Shown: positions 39,734 through 50,157 of the stretch, in pieces | How the letters are laid out: each line of letters begins with the position of its first letter | Position numbering within the stretch: the stretch's first letter is position 1 | NCBI GenBank assembly: GCA_963668695.2 | Contig: CAXXLQ010000004.1 | Location: forward strand, 3,424,001 to 3,488,000 | From: Vicinamibacteria bacterium | Lineage (GTDB): Bacteria; Acidobacteriota; Vicinamibacteria; Marinacidobacterales; Marinacidobacteraceae | Direction of reading: 5' to 3' | DNA: 64,000 bases | Notes under the pieces: generated by a model | What the model was told of the DNA's origin: nothing | Seen by the model: only the letters and a program-made list of their open reading frames with translations | The model's database searches: none | Position numbers and translations under genes: made by a program

Positions 39734-41131
39734 TCAGACCGTCGTCGTCTTCCAGCCGCCGCGGCGGAAGACCAGGGTGCTGACGGCGGCGGAGAGGGAG
39801 TAGGCGATGGCCACGGCCCAGAATACGCCGTCCACGCCGAGGGCGGTTCGGGAGAGCAGCCACGCCAGTGGGATCTCGAACAGCCAGAAGCAGACGAGGT
39901 CAATCCAGGTCGGAGTCCAGGTGTCTCCGGCTCCGTTGAAGGCTTGCCGGGTAACCATTCCCAAGGCGTAGAAGACGTATCCGTAGCTCACTATGCGGAG
40001 CGCCGTGGCCGCCGTGCGGAGCACCTCGGGCTCGTCCGTGAAGAGCGCTGCGATTTCCGGCGCAAAGACCACGAAGACCCCGGTCACCAGCGCCATGAAC
40101 GCCATGTTCCAGCCGCCGGTGATCCACACCGCACGCTCGGCCCGGTCGGGCTTTCCTGCTCCCAGGTTCTGGCCCACCAGCGTCGAGGCGGCGTTCGAAA
40201 GCCCCCAGCAGGGCAGGATGACGAAGAGCGCGACCCGGATGGCGATAACCCAGCCCGCGACCGCCATGGTTCCGAAACTCGCGATGATGCGGATCAGCAG
40301 GATCCAGGGCAGCATGTCGGCGAGCATCTGTCCGATCCCGCCGACCGACACCCGGCAGAGATTCCTCATGACCGCCCACTGCGTTCGGATGTCTTCCCGC
40401 CGGATGCGTATCCGCGAGCCCCGCGAGAGCACCCAGAACTGGTAGAGCACGCCGGTACCACGGCCGATCGTGGTCGCGACCGCCGCCCCCGGAAGACCCA
40501 GCTCGGGGAACGGCCCCAGCCCGAAGATCAGACACGGATCCAGCACGATATTGATTCCGTTGGCGAGCCAGAGTGACCGCATCGCCGCCTGGGCGTCCCC
40601 GGCGCCCCGCAGGATCGCGTTGTTCAGGAACAGCAGGATGATGGTGGCCATCCCGGCGTACATGATCCGGGCGTGGGTCGTTCCGACGGCGACCGTTTCG
40701 GCGTCCGCGCCCATCAAGGCGAGCACCCGGGGCGCGAAGATCATTCCGACGATCCCGAGCGCCAAAGACACGGCGATTCCAAGGCCGATCGCCTGGACGC
40801 CGGCGCGCGCCGCTCCCCGCCGGTCCCCCTCCCCGTAGCGGCGGGAGACCAGCGCGGTCACCGCGAAGGAGAACCCGATCGCAATCGCGTACACCAGATC
40901 GAGGGCGGTCTCGGTGATCCCGGCAGAGGCAAGCGCCGGCGCCCCCAAACGCGAGATGAACAGGGCGTCCACGACCGCGAAGATCGACTCTCCGACCATT
41001 TCGAGCGCCATCGGCACCGCGAGCACGAACACCACGGGCGTAAGCGGCCCGGAGGTCAGATCGCGGTCCGAACCCCGGAGCGATTCGACCAGCAGCGCGA
41101 GCAGGCGCCGCGTGCGGGATCCCTGCGGCAT
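39734..41131 (-). CDS. MATE family efflux transporter
   Basis: DLT.G, LAVPM, RGAGD, N.VLDP.LIFG.G.FPELG..GAA.AT and VGQNLGA motifs. Confidence 0.95.
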   Translation of the reverse strand: MPQGSRTRRLLALLVESLRGSDRDLTSGPLTPVVFVLAVPMALEMVGESIFAVVDALFISRLGAPALASAGITETALDLVYAIAIGFSFAVTALVSRRYGEGDRRGAARAGVQAIGLGIAVSLALGIVGMIFAPRVLALMGADAETVAVGTTHARIMYAGMATIILLFLNNAILRGAGDAQAAMRSLWLANGINIVLDPCLIFGLGPFPELGLPGAAVATTIGRGTGVLYQFWVLSRGSRIRIRREDIRTQWAVMRNLCRVSVGGIGQMLADMLPWILLIRIIASFGTMAVAGWVIAIRVALFVILPCWGLSNAASTLVGQNLGAGKPDRAERAVWITGGWNMAFMALVTGVFVVFAPEIAALFTDEPEVLRTAATALRIVSYGYVFYALGMVTRQAFNGAGDTWTPTWIDLVCFWLFEIPLAWLLSRTALGVDGVFWAVAIAYSLSAAVSTLVFRRGGWKTTTV

Positions 41132-41269
41132 GGAGTAGGGCTGCGGCGGTCAGCTACCGCCGTCGGTCCAGGAACCGGCGTCGGAGCAGGGGCGCACGCA
41201 GGAATCGGCGATCAGGAAACTGTGGCGAAAGTTCGCCGGCGTCCGTTCGCGGCACGAAGCCACGGGGTG

Positions 41270-42103
41270 TCAGCCGGGCGGGATCAGCGCCACGATCCGT
41301 ACCGGGGCGCCGGTGCCGGCTTCGATCTTCATCGGCAGCGCGATCAGCAGGAAACCGTCAGACGGAACCCCGGAGAGATCCCCCACATTTTCCAGATTGG
41401 GAATCCCGGCGGCGCCCCCGACCTGGTGGACGATGAAATCCGTGGAGGGCCCGGAGTCCACACTCGCGGTGTCGATTCCAACGAGCCCGACGTCCCGCTC
41501 GACCAACAGCCGCATTGCGTCTTCGGCGAGCCCCGGGAAATGCAGGTTGTCGGCGGTTCCGGGTTCGTCGTCGCCCAGATAGGCGAGGGCGTCCGGCCAA
41601 CGGCTCGCCCACCCGGTGCGGAAGAGCACGGCGGTTCCCGACGGGATCTCACCGTGTTCCACCTCCCAGTCCCGGATATCGTCGGCGCTCGCCCGGTAGT
41701 CGGGGTCGGCGGCTGCCTGCGCGCTCACGTCCACGACCACCCCGGGAGCGATCAGCCGGCCAAGCGGGATCTCGCCGACCAGATCGGCGCCCTCGAAGAA
41801 ATGGTACGGCGCGTCGAGATGCGTCCCGCCGTGTTCGGCGGTGGCGAACTCCTTCATCGCGTAGAAGAAACCCGCCGGGGTCATCCCCTCGGCCAGAGTG
41901 TCGAGCTGGAATCCCTTGGTGTCGGTCGGCCAGTAGAGCGTGTTCTCGCCGTACCCATGACTGAGATCCACCATGCGCCACCCGGCGACGGCCTCCGGGC
42001 CGACTTCTGGACTCAGCGGTGGTGGAGGCTCGGGGGGAGCGCCGCAGGACGCGGCCACCAAGACGGCGACGACGCCGGCAACGGGGGAAAATCGGGCTAA
42101 CAT
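41270..42103 (-). CDS. Cyclase/kynurenine formamidase family lipoprotein
   Basis: HGGTHLDAP.H, GIDT.S.D, LEN and G.GAPVR motifs. Lipobox ASC. Confidence 0.92.
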   Translation of the reverse strand: MLARFSPVAGVVAVLVAASCGAPPEPPPPLSPEVGPEAVAGWRMVDLSHGYGENTLYWPTDTKGFQLDTLAEGMTPAGFFYAMKEFATAEHGGTHLDAPYHFFEGADLVGEIPLGRLIAPGVVVDVSAQAAADPDYRASADDIRDWEVEHGEIPSGTAVLFRTGWASRWPDALAYLGDDEPGTADNLHFPGLAEDAMRLLVERDVGLVGIDTASVDSGPSTDFIVHQVGGAAGIPNLENVGDLSGVPSDGFLLIALPMKIEAGTGAPVRIVALIPPG

Positions 42104-42155
42104 CAAGAAATCCTGCCTGTGCAGGAAATGTTACCCAGCGAGAGGAGTGGGCCGG

Positions 42156-42566
42156 ATGTCCCGAGTTCTCGCGGCGTCCCTGGTCGTGGCCGCTGCCGCA
42201 ACGTTGCTGGCGCCCGGTGAAATCGTGGGATTTCTCGCCGCCGCCGGAGTGACCGCCGCCGTGCTGGCGGTCTGGAGCACCGGTTCGGCGGGGCCCGGGA
42301 ATCCAACCCGGAAGGTTGGTACGCGTCTCGACCGGGCGACCAGCGCGGGACTCGCCGTTTCGCTGGGCGCCGGGTGTCTGCTGGCGGCGGGTATTGCCGA
42401 CGGCCCCTCGCTCTTCGGTCTGCCGCGGTCACTTTGGGGACTGCTGCTCGGAGTGTGGCTGATACCGCTGGTGCTGACGAGCCTCGGCTTCGCGGCCGCC
42501 TTCGAGCCCCCCGACCCGGCCGGCTTGGAACGCCTGGAACGCCTGCGACCCGGAGCACGAGAGTGA
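42156..42566 (+). CDS. Small membrane protein (possible symporter accessory)
   Basis: Hydrophobic ORF with a GAGGAG RBS and a GTGA overlap with the symporter. Confidence 0.65.
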   Translation: MSRVLAASLVVAAAATLLAPGEIVGFLAAAGVTAAVLAVWSTGSAGPGNPTRKVGTRLDRATSAGLAVSLGAGCLLAAGIADGPSLFGLPRSLWGLLLGVWLIPLVLTSLGFAAAFEPPDPAGLERLERLRPGARE

Positions 42567-44014
42567 AGTTGATTCCCGGCCTCTTGTTGCTTGCCACCTT
42601 GGTGGTGGGTCTGGTTGCGATCCGAAAGACCCGTAACACGGCGGACTTCTTCGTCGCGGGACGTCGCCTGGGCGCGTTCCGCGCCGGATTGGCGGTGGCC
42701 GCATCAGCGTTCAGCGGCTTCGTCTTTCTCGGCGGGCCGGGGCTGACCGGTCAGGTCGGCCTCGGTTCCCTGTTCATCGTGGCGCCGGCCGGATTCACCG
42801 CGGCGCTTCTCTGCCGCACGGTGGGGCGACGGCTCGCGCTGATCGCCGCGGCGAGCGGCGCCCAGACGCTGCCGGAGTCCATCGCGTTCCGGTTCGGAGC
42901 CCGGGCTCCGGCGGCGCTGGCCGCGGTCGCGATCCTGGTCGGCAGCGTCATCTATCTCGGGGTTCAACTCTCGGCGCTCGCCCGCGCCACCCGGTTCGTC
43001 TTCCCCGAGGTGGCGCTCGGAACCTGTCTCGCGGTCGGCTTGGGTGTCGTGCTCGCCTACTCGCTGGCCGGCGGAATGGTCGCCTCGGTGAACACCGACG
43101 TGCTGCAGGGAATCGTGATGGCGGTGGCCGCCACGGCGACCTTCTGCTGGGTCATGAGCCAGGTCGGGGGGCCCGCCGGCGTCGGGGAAACCCTGAATGC
43201 CAGGGGACCCGGCGGCAGCAAATTCCTCGAACCGCTGGGCGTGCTGGAGCCGGCGACCGGGTTCGGTTTCCTGCTGCTGTTCTCGGTCGGAACCATCGGG
43301 CAGCCCCATATGCTCCACAAGTTCCTGATGCTCAAGAGCCCGGAGGCGCTCCGCTATCTGCCTGCAGTGATCGGCGGCGCCCAGAGCCTCAGCATCCTCG
43401 TCTGGATCGGCCTCGGGACGGGGGCGATGGTCCTCGCGGGCGGCGTTCCGGCCAGCGCCGCCGGACACCCGGACGAGGCAGCCCTTGCCGTCCTGAACCT
43501 GCCCGGGACTCCCGAACTCCTGGCCGGTCTGGTCGCCGCGGCGGTGCTCGCCGCCATCATGTCCACCAGCGACGCCTTTGTGAACCTGGGGGCGGCCGCT
43601 CTTTGCCGGGATCTCCCCCGCGCTTTCGGCCGGAACGAATTATCCGGCCTCGCCGCGGCCCGCCTCGCGGGTCTGCTCGTGGGGCTCGCGGCGCTGGGGG
43701 TAGCAGCCTGGCACCTCTCCGAAAACGGGCTGATCGCTCGGCTCGGGACACTCGGGTTTGGGGCATTCGCCGCCGCCCTGGCCCCTACCCTGCTGCTCGG
43801 CCTGTGCTGGACCCGGGTGACCGCGCGGGCCGCGACCCTTTCGATGGCGGCGGGACTCGGTTCGCTGTTCGTCCTCGAGAGCCTGCTGCCGGGGCTCGCA
43901 GTCCCGTCAGCGGTGCTCGCGATGGCTGCCGGGTTCGGGGCGCTCGTGGTGACGAGCCTTCTTTCCCGGCGGGCGCCGCTGCCGGAATCCGTGCGCCTGG
44001 CGATGACGCTGTGA
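42563..44014 (+). CDS. Sodium:solute symporter (PutP/PanF-like)
   Basis: DFFVAGR.LG, FSGF.F.GGPG, GGM.A...TD..QG, GQPH and AAIMST.D motifs. Confidence 0.92.
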   Translation: MKLIPGLLLLATLVVGLVAIRKTRNTADFFVAGRRLGAFRAGLAVAASAFSGFVFLGGPGLTGQVGLGSLFIVAPAGFTAALLCRTVGRRLALIAAASGAQTLPESIAFRFGARAPAALAAVAILVGSVIYLGVQLSALARATRFVFPEVALGTCLAVGLGVVLAYSLAGGMVASVNTDVLQGIVMAVAATATFCWVMSQVGGPAGVGETLNARGPGGSKFLEPLGVLEPATGFGFLLLFSVGTIGQPHMLHKFLMLKSPEALRYLPAVIGGAQSLSILVWIGLGTGAMVLAGGVPASAAGHPDEAALAVLNLPGTPELLAGLVAAAVLAAIMSTSDAFVNLGAAALCRDLPRAFGRNELSGLAAARLAGLLVGLAALGVAAWHLSENGLIARLGTLGFGAFAAALAPTLLLGLCWTRVTARAATLSMAAGLGSLFVLESLLPGLAVPSAVLAMAAGFGALVVTSLLSRRAPLPESVRLAMTL

Positions 44015-45072
44015 CCGGCAGGACGAGTACGCGCTTGCGCATCGCGCTGATTACCGGAGGCTCCACGCCGGAACGCGACGTGGCGCTCGCGGGCGCCGGA
44101 GAAGTTCTCCGCGCGCTGCGGGTCGCGGGACATGAAGTCACGGCGGTGGACACCGTGCACGGCGAACTGGGCCCCGAGCGTGAGGGGGAGTTCCTCGCGC
44201 TCCGGGTGGGCCGCAAGCCGCCGTCGGATCAGGATCTGGCGGCGGCGCGCGAGCGCGAGGACGTCCCCGGCCTGCTTCGGCTGAGGGCCGTGAGCAACGC
44301 GCACCTGGCATTCCTGGTCCTCCACGGACTCGATGGCGAGGGCGGGCTGTTGCAAGCAGTCCTCGAACTCGGCCGATTGCCTTTCACGGGCAGTGGGGTG
44401 CTCGCGAGCGCGCTGGCCATGGAGAAGGCGTCGGCGAAGCGGGTGCTGCAGGGAGCGGGGATCCCAACGCCCCGCTTCGAGATGCTGGAGTTCCAAACGC
44501 CCGACGACCGGCGACGCGAGATCGAGTCACTCGGATCCCCGGTGGTCGTCAAACCTTCGCGAGTCGGATCTTCGGTCGGGCTCCGCATCGCGAACGACTT
44601 CGACGACGTCCGCTCGGCGGTGGAGGAGGCACGCCGGCACGACCGCTGCGTTCTCGTGGAAGAGATGCTTCCGGGTCGCGAATTCACTGTCGGGGTGGTC
44701 GGGGAACCGGACGGGGTCGGCCTCGAACCGCTTGGCGTAGGGGAAATCGTGACGGGCTCCGGCCTCTTCGACTACCACGCCAAGTACACCCCGGGAGTTG
44801 CCGAGGAGATCTTCCCCGCGGACATTCCGGAGCACCTCGCGGCGAAGCTTCGCGACCTGACCGTCGAAACTCATCGGGCGCTCGGCCTGAGGGATTTTTC
44901 GCGGGCGGATTTCCGTCTGGACGCGGCGGGAGAACCTTTCGTGCTCGAGGCGAACACCCTGCCCGGGATGACGACCCGCAGCCTGCTGCCCCAATCGGCG
45001 GCGGTGATGGGGATCAGCTTTCCGGCGCTCTGCGACCGGATCGCGCGGCTCGCCGCTCGCCGCCGGGAGTGA
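44011..45072 (+). CDS. ddl: D-alanine-D-alanine ligase
   Basis: GG...ER.V.L, LHG..GE.G, VKP...GSSVG, FDY.AKY, R.DF and LE.NTLPGMT..S..P motifs. Confidence 0.93.
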   Translation: MTGRTSTRLRIALITGGSTPERDVALAGAGEVLRALRVAGHEVTAVDTVHGELGPEREGEFLALRVGRKPPSDQDLAAAREREDVPGLLRLRAVSNAHLAFLVLHGLDGEGGLLQAVLELGRLPFTGSGVLASALAMEKASAKRVLQGAGIPTPRFEMLEFQTPDDRRREIESLGSPVVVKPSRVGSSVGLRIANDFDDVRSAVEEARRHDRCVLVEEMLPGREFTVGVVGEPDGVGLEPLGVGEIVTGSGLFDYHAKYTPGVAEEIFPADIPEHLAAKLRDLTVETHRALGLRDFSRADFRLDAAGEPFVLEANTLPGMTTRSLLPQSAAVMGISFPALCDRIARLAARRRE

Positions 45073-45073
45073 G

Positions 45074-45742
45074 ATGAGAGCTTTCGCCGCACTCGGGTTC
45101 GTCGCCGCCGCGGGCTTGGGCTGCAGCCACTCCGTCGTCGTCAACTCCGTGCCGCCGCCCGAGACCCTGCTTCCCGCGGGCGTGCTGTCCTCTTCTCTCG
45201 GACTCTTCGTGGATGCCGCGCGGGTACCGGAGGAGGTTGTGCTTCAGGACTCCTTCGACAGTCCCATATGCGGCTTCATGCGCTATCCGCTCACGGCTCG
45301 CGACGCGGTCACCCAGTCGGTGGTGGAAGCGATTCGGGCGGTAGCGGACAACATCCGGCTCGTCGATGCCCCGATACATCGCTGGCGTCTCAAGGAGAAC
45401 GGACTCGACGTCGCCGTCGTGGTGCGCGTGGAGGCGTTCGCCATCAGCCTGTCCCCGCTCCGGACAATGGTGGGTATGGATTTCGAGGCGCAAGCCGAAA
45501 TCACCCTCTCGCTCGTCGCCACCACCGAAGATGGGAGCGAAATCCGGAAGACGCTGACGGGGGCGGCCACCTGGAAGGCGGAGGACCGGTGGGGATTCCG
45601 CGGCTGCGGGCTCGGCGCGCTCCCGGCGACCCAGGCGGCGGAGCGCGCGATCCGGCATGCGACGACGCAGCTCGCAGAATGGATCGTCGGGGCTCCCGAA
45701 CTGCGTCCGTCGCTGGAACGCCCGTTGCATGACCGGGGATAG
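45074..45742 (+). CDS. Hypothetical lipoprotein (paralog 1)
   Basis: Lipobox GLGC. Homologous to the next two ORFs. Confidence 0.75.
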   Translation: MRAFAALGFVAAAGLGCSHSVVVNSVPPPETLLPAGVLSSSLGLFVDAARVPEEVVLQDSFDSPICGFMRYPLTARDAVTQSVVEAIRAVADNIRLVDAPIHRWRLKENGLDVAVVVRVEAFAISLSPLRTMVGMDFEAQAEITLSLVATTEDGSEIRKTLTGAATWKAEDRWGFRGCGLGALPATQAAERAIRHATTQLAEWIVGAPELRPSLERPLHDRG

Positions 45743-45778
45743 CGGACCGGGTCCTTCCGAGCCGCCAGGAGAAACAGG

Positions 45779-46447
45779 ATGAAGAGGACAATGACGACCC
45801 ACCCGCTTGCCGCGACGGCGATCGCGGGACTAGCCCTGACTGCACTTTCCTGCTCCCAGGCGGTGCTGGTGCGGCCGGCGCCCTCCGCCGAGGCGTTCGC
45901 CTTCGAAGCGCCCCTCCCGGCGGCGGCGGCCGTCTTCGTGGACGCCGACCAGCTCTTCCGGCAGGTCCGGATGACGCCCGACCTGGACGGAGACTCGTTG
46001 TGCGACGACGTCAGCTATCCGGTGGACGCACGCGAAGCGCTGGAGTTGTCGGTCCTCGGCACGCTGGAGCGGCTGGTGCGCAACGTCACGGCGACCGCGG
46101 CCCCGCTGGACCGGCAGGCGATGGAGGCGCGTGGGCTCGACGCCGTCATCGTCGTTCGCGCGGACACCTTCAACGTGGGTCTCAGCAGCGGCGCGTTCCT
46201 GAGCTTCGAAGCGGGCGCCGAACTCACGCTGTCGGTCTCGGTGTTCACCGGCGACGGCCTGCAGTTGCGGGAGGTGGTGTTCGGCAACGCGGTCCAGAAC
46301 CAGAGCGGGATCACCTGCGGCAACGGCGCCAAGGCGCTGGGCGCCGCGGTCGAAATCGCCATCGAGAACGCCATGACCGAGCTCGGCGAACTGATCGCCA
46401 ACTCCCCGGCATTGCGCGACTCCCTGGGTGGTCCGGGCAGCCGGTAG
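45779..46447 (+). CDS. Hypothetical lipoprotein (paralog 2)
   Basis: Lipobox LSC, FVDADQL, C...YPVDA, AELTLSVS and TC..GA..LG. Confidence 0.8.
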   Translation: MKRTMTTHPLAATAIAGLALTALSCSQAVLVRPAPSAEAFAFEAPLPAAAAVFVDADQLFRQVRMTPDLDGDSLCDDVSYPVDAREALELSVLGTLERLVRNVTATAAPLDRQAMEARGLDAVIVVRADTFNVGLSSGAFLSFEAGAELTLSVSVFTGDGLQLREVVFGNAVQNQSGITCGNGAKALGAAVEIAIENAMTELGELIANSPALRDSLGGPGSR

Positions 46448-46599
46448 AGATCTCACGCCGCACCGGTCCGGCGATCGGCGCAAACCTCGCCGGCCCCCAC
46501 CGGAATTGTCGAGGCGATCGAGGCCCGGGAACATCTCCTGGCCATAGACTCGGAGACCCGGGAACCGTTCCGCTTGGGATCGCGACCCGGGGCCAGGCC

Positions 46600-47268
46600 A
46601 TGACCCACAGCTCCCTTCGAGTTGCGCTCGCAGCGTGGTACCTGGGCGCGGCCGGCTGCACGCACGCGATCGTGATACGTCCCGCCCCGGCCTACGACCT
46701 CCTCCTTTTCGAAGCACCGCTTCCGGCAGCCGCCGCGGTCTTCGTGGACGCCGACCAGCTCCGGCGGGAAATACGCATCACTCCCGAAGAAACCGGCGGC
46801 TACGGGTGGTGCGGCGACTCGGGATACCCCGTGGACGCGGGACAAGCACTCGAGTTGTCCGTCATCGGCACCCTTGAACAGGTGATGCGCGAGGTACGCC
46901 GAACGGCAACGCCGATGGACCGGGAAACCATGGAAGCCAGGGGTTTCGACTCCGTGATCGTCGTTCGTGCCGACACCTTCGACGCGACAGTGGCCGGCGA
47001 TCCCTCTGCGGGCTTCGAAGGTAGCGCCGAGCTGACCCTCTCAGTTTCGGCCTTTACGAGCGACGGACTGCTGCTCAGGGAAACCGTCTATGGGAGCGGA
47101 ATCCAGAACGCGGCCGGGATGACCTGCAGCGGCGGGGCGGAAGCACTCGGCCTCGCCGTTGAGGTGGCCATCGAAAGCGCGATGACCGAACTGGGCGAAA
47201 TCATCGGCAACTCCCCCGAGTTGGGCAGATCCCTCGGCGCTTCCGGAACGGACCGACCGTTCGACTGA
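46600..47268 (+). CDS. Hypothetical lipoprotein (paralog 3)
   Basis: Lipobox AGC. Closely similar to paralog 2. Confidence 0.8.
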   Translation: MTHSSLRVALAAWYLGAAGCTHAIVIRPAPAYDLLLFEAPLPAAAAVFVDADQLRREIRITPEETGGYGWCGDSGYPVDAGQALELSVIGTLEQVMREVRRTATPMDRETMEARGFDSVIVVRADTFDATVAGDPSAGFEGSAELTLSVSAFTSDGLLLRETVYGSGIQNAAGMTCSGGAEALGLAVEVAIESAMTELGEIIGNSPELGRSLGASGTDRPFD

Positions 47269-47337
47269 CCGCCGCCTGGCGCGCGCCGCGGAGCTGCGCC
47301 GCGCCGGACATCCGGATTGGCCTCCACAATAGGGGCC

Positions 47338-49053
47338 ATGACGTCGTCCCTTCCGAGTCGCGGAGCCCTCGCCCTTGCCTCGTTTGCGCTCAGCGCAGCC
47401 TGTGGAGGGCCGCCCGAGGGAGGTCCGGCGGATCTCGTCGCCCGCGGGGGGGTGATCCACACGAGCGACGCGAAGCGGCCGGTCGCGGAAGCCTTTGCGG
47501 TGCAGGGCGGCCGGTTCGTGTTCGTAGGGGATTCGAGTGGCATCGAAAGCTGGATCGGAGAAGCGACCGAGATCATCGAGCTCGACGGCCGGGCCGCGAT
47601 CCCGGGCCTGATCGACGGACACCTGCATCTGGAGTCCGGCATCTCCCTCGTGCGTGGGGTGGACCTCACCGGCATTGCCGACCGCGAAGAATGGACCCGG
47701 CGCATCGCCGCGCGGGCCGCCGAACTCGGGCCCGGAGCCTGGATCGTGGGCGGACGATGGGACCACACGCTGTCCGGGGGCGAGTTTCCGTCCGTGGAAG
47801 ACCTCGACCCGGTGACTCCCGACAACCCCGTGGCGCTTTCCGACATCGACGGACACACCACCTGGGTCAACAGCCTCGCGCTCGAGATCGCCGGCGTCGG
47901 GACGGCAACCCCCGATCCGCCGGGCGGCCGGATCGTCCGCTACGCGTCCGGCGATCCCACCGGAATCCTGCTCGAGACGGCGGGCGCGCTGGTGCGCGAC
48001 CACGTTCCGCCGCTCAACGCCGAACAGGAACGAGAGGCCATGCGCCAGACCTTCGCGACTGCCGCGAGACTCGGACTCACCGGAGTCCACACCATGGCGG
48101 GGTTGGATCGGGTTCCGGAGTACGTCGAGTTCGCGACAGCCGGCCAGTTGCCGCTCAGGGTCTGGTACGGAGTGGTCGGCGCAGCGGACCAAACCCGAGA
48201 ACTCGCTGCAGTTCGCGATGACGCGCGAAGCGCGCTGGCCACCTTGACAGCGGAGCGCGGTCCGATGTTCGAAGTCGGCTATGCGAAGCTGATGGCCGAC
48301 GGGGTGCTCTCCGCGCGCACGGCTGCCTTGCTCGCTCCCTACGCCGACGCTCCCGACGAATCCGGGTTCATGGTGACGGAGTTCGAAGAGCTCTCAGAGT
48401 CGGTGACCCGGATCCACGCAGCCGGCTTCCCGGTCGCGATCCACGCGATCGGGGACCTGGCCGTACGCTCCTCGCTCGACGCCTTCGAGACGGCAGTCGG
48501 CCGCGGCCCGCAGCCGGAACTCGCGGACCGGATCGAACACATCGAGGTGCTGGATCCGAAAGACGCGCCCCGGTTCGCGGAGATCGGAGTGCTCGCCTCC
48601 TTCAATCCCCACCACTGCATCACGGGGATCGACGTCTACAACACCGCGCGCCTCGGAGAGGCGCGGGCTGCCTGGTCCTTCGCCTGGAGAGCGGCTCGGG
48701 ACGCGGGAGCCACGCTGGTGTTCGGCAGCGACTGGGCCACCGCTCCCCTCGATCCCCTGCGCCAACTCTACGCGGCGACGGTGAGGGAAAAGCCGTCCGG
48801 CGGACCGCCGGGCGGGTGGCATCCGGAGCAGCGGGTCGCCTGGCAGGAAGCGCTCACGGCCTACACGTTGGCGCCGGCGACGGCCTCCGGTTGGGAGGAT
48901 GAGATCGGCTCGATCGAGGTGGGAAAGTGGGCGGACTTCGTCGTGCTCAGCGGCCCGGTCCCGGATCCGCCCGACCGCTCGATCCTCGATCTGCGGGTGG
49001 TTTCAACGTGGCTCGGGGGCGTCGCCACCCACCGGGCGCAAGCGGACCGTTGA
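47338..49053 (+). CDS. Amidohydrolase (YtcJ-like) lipoprotein
   Basis: PGLIDGHLH, K..ADG, HAIGD, RIEH, FGSDW and GSIE.GK.ADFVVL motifs. Confidence 0.93.
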   Translation: MTSSLPSRGALALASFALSAACGGPPEGGPADLVARGGVIHTSDAKRPVAEAFAVQGGRFVFVGDSSGIESWIGEATEIIELDGRAAIPGLIDGHLHLESGISLVRGVDLTGIADREEWTRRIAARAAELGPGAWIVGGRWDHTLSGGEFPSVEDLDPVTPDNPVALSDIDGHTTWVNSLALEIAGVGTATPDPPGGRIVRYASGDPTGILLETAGALVRDHVPPLNAEQEREAMRQTFATAARLGLTGVHTMAGLDRVPEYVEFATAGQLPLRVWYGVVGAADQTRELAAVRDDARSALATLTAERGPMFEVGYAKLMADGVLSARTAALLAPYADAPDESGFMVTEFEELSESVTRIHAAGFPVAIHAIGDLAVRSSLDAFETAVGRGPQPELADRIEHIEVLDPKDAPRFAEIGVLASFNPHHCITGIDVYNTARLGEARAAWSFAWRAARDAGATLVFGSDWATAPLDPLRQLYAATVREKPSGGPPGGWHPEQRVAWQEALTAYTLAPATASGWEDEIGSIEVGKWADFVVLSGPVPDPPDRSILDLRVVSTWLGGVATHRAQADR

Positions 49054-49124
49054 ACGACGGGATCCGCTGGACCGGATCCACTGGACCGGATCTGCTGGTG
49101 GGACCGATCGGTAGGCGTCCGGTA

Positions 49125-49280
49125 ACAGCCGGTGGTGGAACCCGGGTGAGCGCCGAGAGCGGCCAGTTCTCCTGGTGGGGGCGAGGCCCAGTTCTCCCGG
49201 TGGGGGTCCGGCTGACAAGGCGCGTGAGGGAGGAGCCCCCACCGGGAGAACTGGGCCGCGTGGGTTTCACCACCGGCTGG
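49125..49280 (-). mobile_element. MITE copy (short, reverse orientation)
   Basis: TA|ACAGCCGGTGGTGGAACCC...GGGTTTCACCACCGGCTGG|TA. Confidence 0.85.
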
Positions 49281-49293
49281 TAACCGCGAGCGC

Positions 49294-50157
49294 CTATCCC
49301 GGGCTGCGCTCCACGGGTCGGGCCGGGTCGGAGCACCACTCGGACCAGGATCCCGAATAGACCGCCACATCTTCGACGCCCGCGAGTTCCAGGGCCAGGG
49401 CATTGTGCGCCGCAGTAAGGCCGGAGCCGCAGTAGCACACGATGGGGCGCCCATCCCGGGCCGCGGTGAGACCGGCGAATTTCCCGCGGAGACGCTCGGG
49501 CGCCTCGAACCGGCCGTCTGCCGCCAGGTTCTTTTTCCAGAGGTGGTTCTTCGCGCCGGGAATGCGCCCGGCCACCGGATCGATCGGTTCCCGCTCGCCG
49601 CGCCAGCGGACCGATTCGCGGGCATCCACCAGGAGATGCGCATGTCGCGCCAGTCCTGCTTCCACCTCGGCCACGCCGACCGCCATTCCGGTTACGGGCC
49701 TGGCAACGAATTGGCAGGCTGGCCGCGTCGCCTCGCCGGCGTGGAGGGCGCCCCCCGCTTCGATCCAGGCCGCGAGCCCCCCGTCCAGGACGGCGGCCCG
49801 GGTGTGTCCGAGGTAGCGCAGCATCCACCAAAGCCGCGCGGCGAACATTCCCGCGGCATCGTCGTAGGCGACCACCGCGCTGTCGGATCCGATTCCGAGT
49901 CGACCGAACACTTCGGTGATCCGCGCGACGGGCGGCAGCGGATGGCGCCCGTTGGCCCCGGTCTTCCCGGCTGCAAGATCCCGGTCGGTATCTGCAAAGA
50001 CGGCGCCGGGCAGGTGGCCTTCGAGATACCGGGCCCGTCCCCAGGACGGGTCCATGAGGTTGCAGCGCACGTCCACCACGACGGGGCCTTGGTCCCCGGT
50101 CGCGAGGCGCTCGCGGAGCCACGCAGCGGAGACGATCGGCCGTGGAGCCCAATTCAC
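49294..50157 (-). CDS. sseA: Two-domain rhodanese / 3-mercaptopyruvate sulfurtransferase
   Basis: GHLPGA, GRHPLP, AARLWW.L, LDGG..AW, YCGSG.TA and Y.GSWSEW motifs. Confidence 0.93.
   Translation of the reverse strand: MNWAPRPIVSAAWLRERLATGDQGPVVVDVRCNLMDPSWGRARYLEGHLPGAVFADTDRDLAAGKTGANGRHPLPPVARITEVFGRLGIGSDSAVVAYDDAAGMFAARLWWMLRYLGHTRAAVLDGGLAAWIEAGGALHAGEATRPACQFVARPVTGMAVGVAEVEAGLARHAHLLVDARESVRWRGEREPIDPVAGRIPGAKNHLWKKNLAADGRFEAPERLRGKFAGLTAARDGRPIVCYCGSGLTAAHNALALELAGVEDVAVYSGSWSEWCSDPARPVERSPG

Noticed and set aside
44011-45072. VanA/VanB-type D-Ala-D-Lac ligase
   Set aside because: The omega-loop reads DYHAKY as in D-Ala-D-Ala ligases, and there are no vanH/vanX neighbours.
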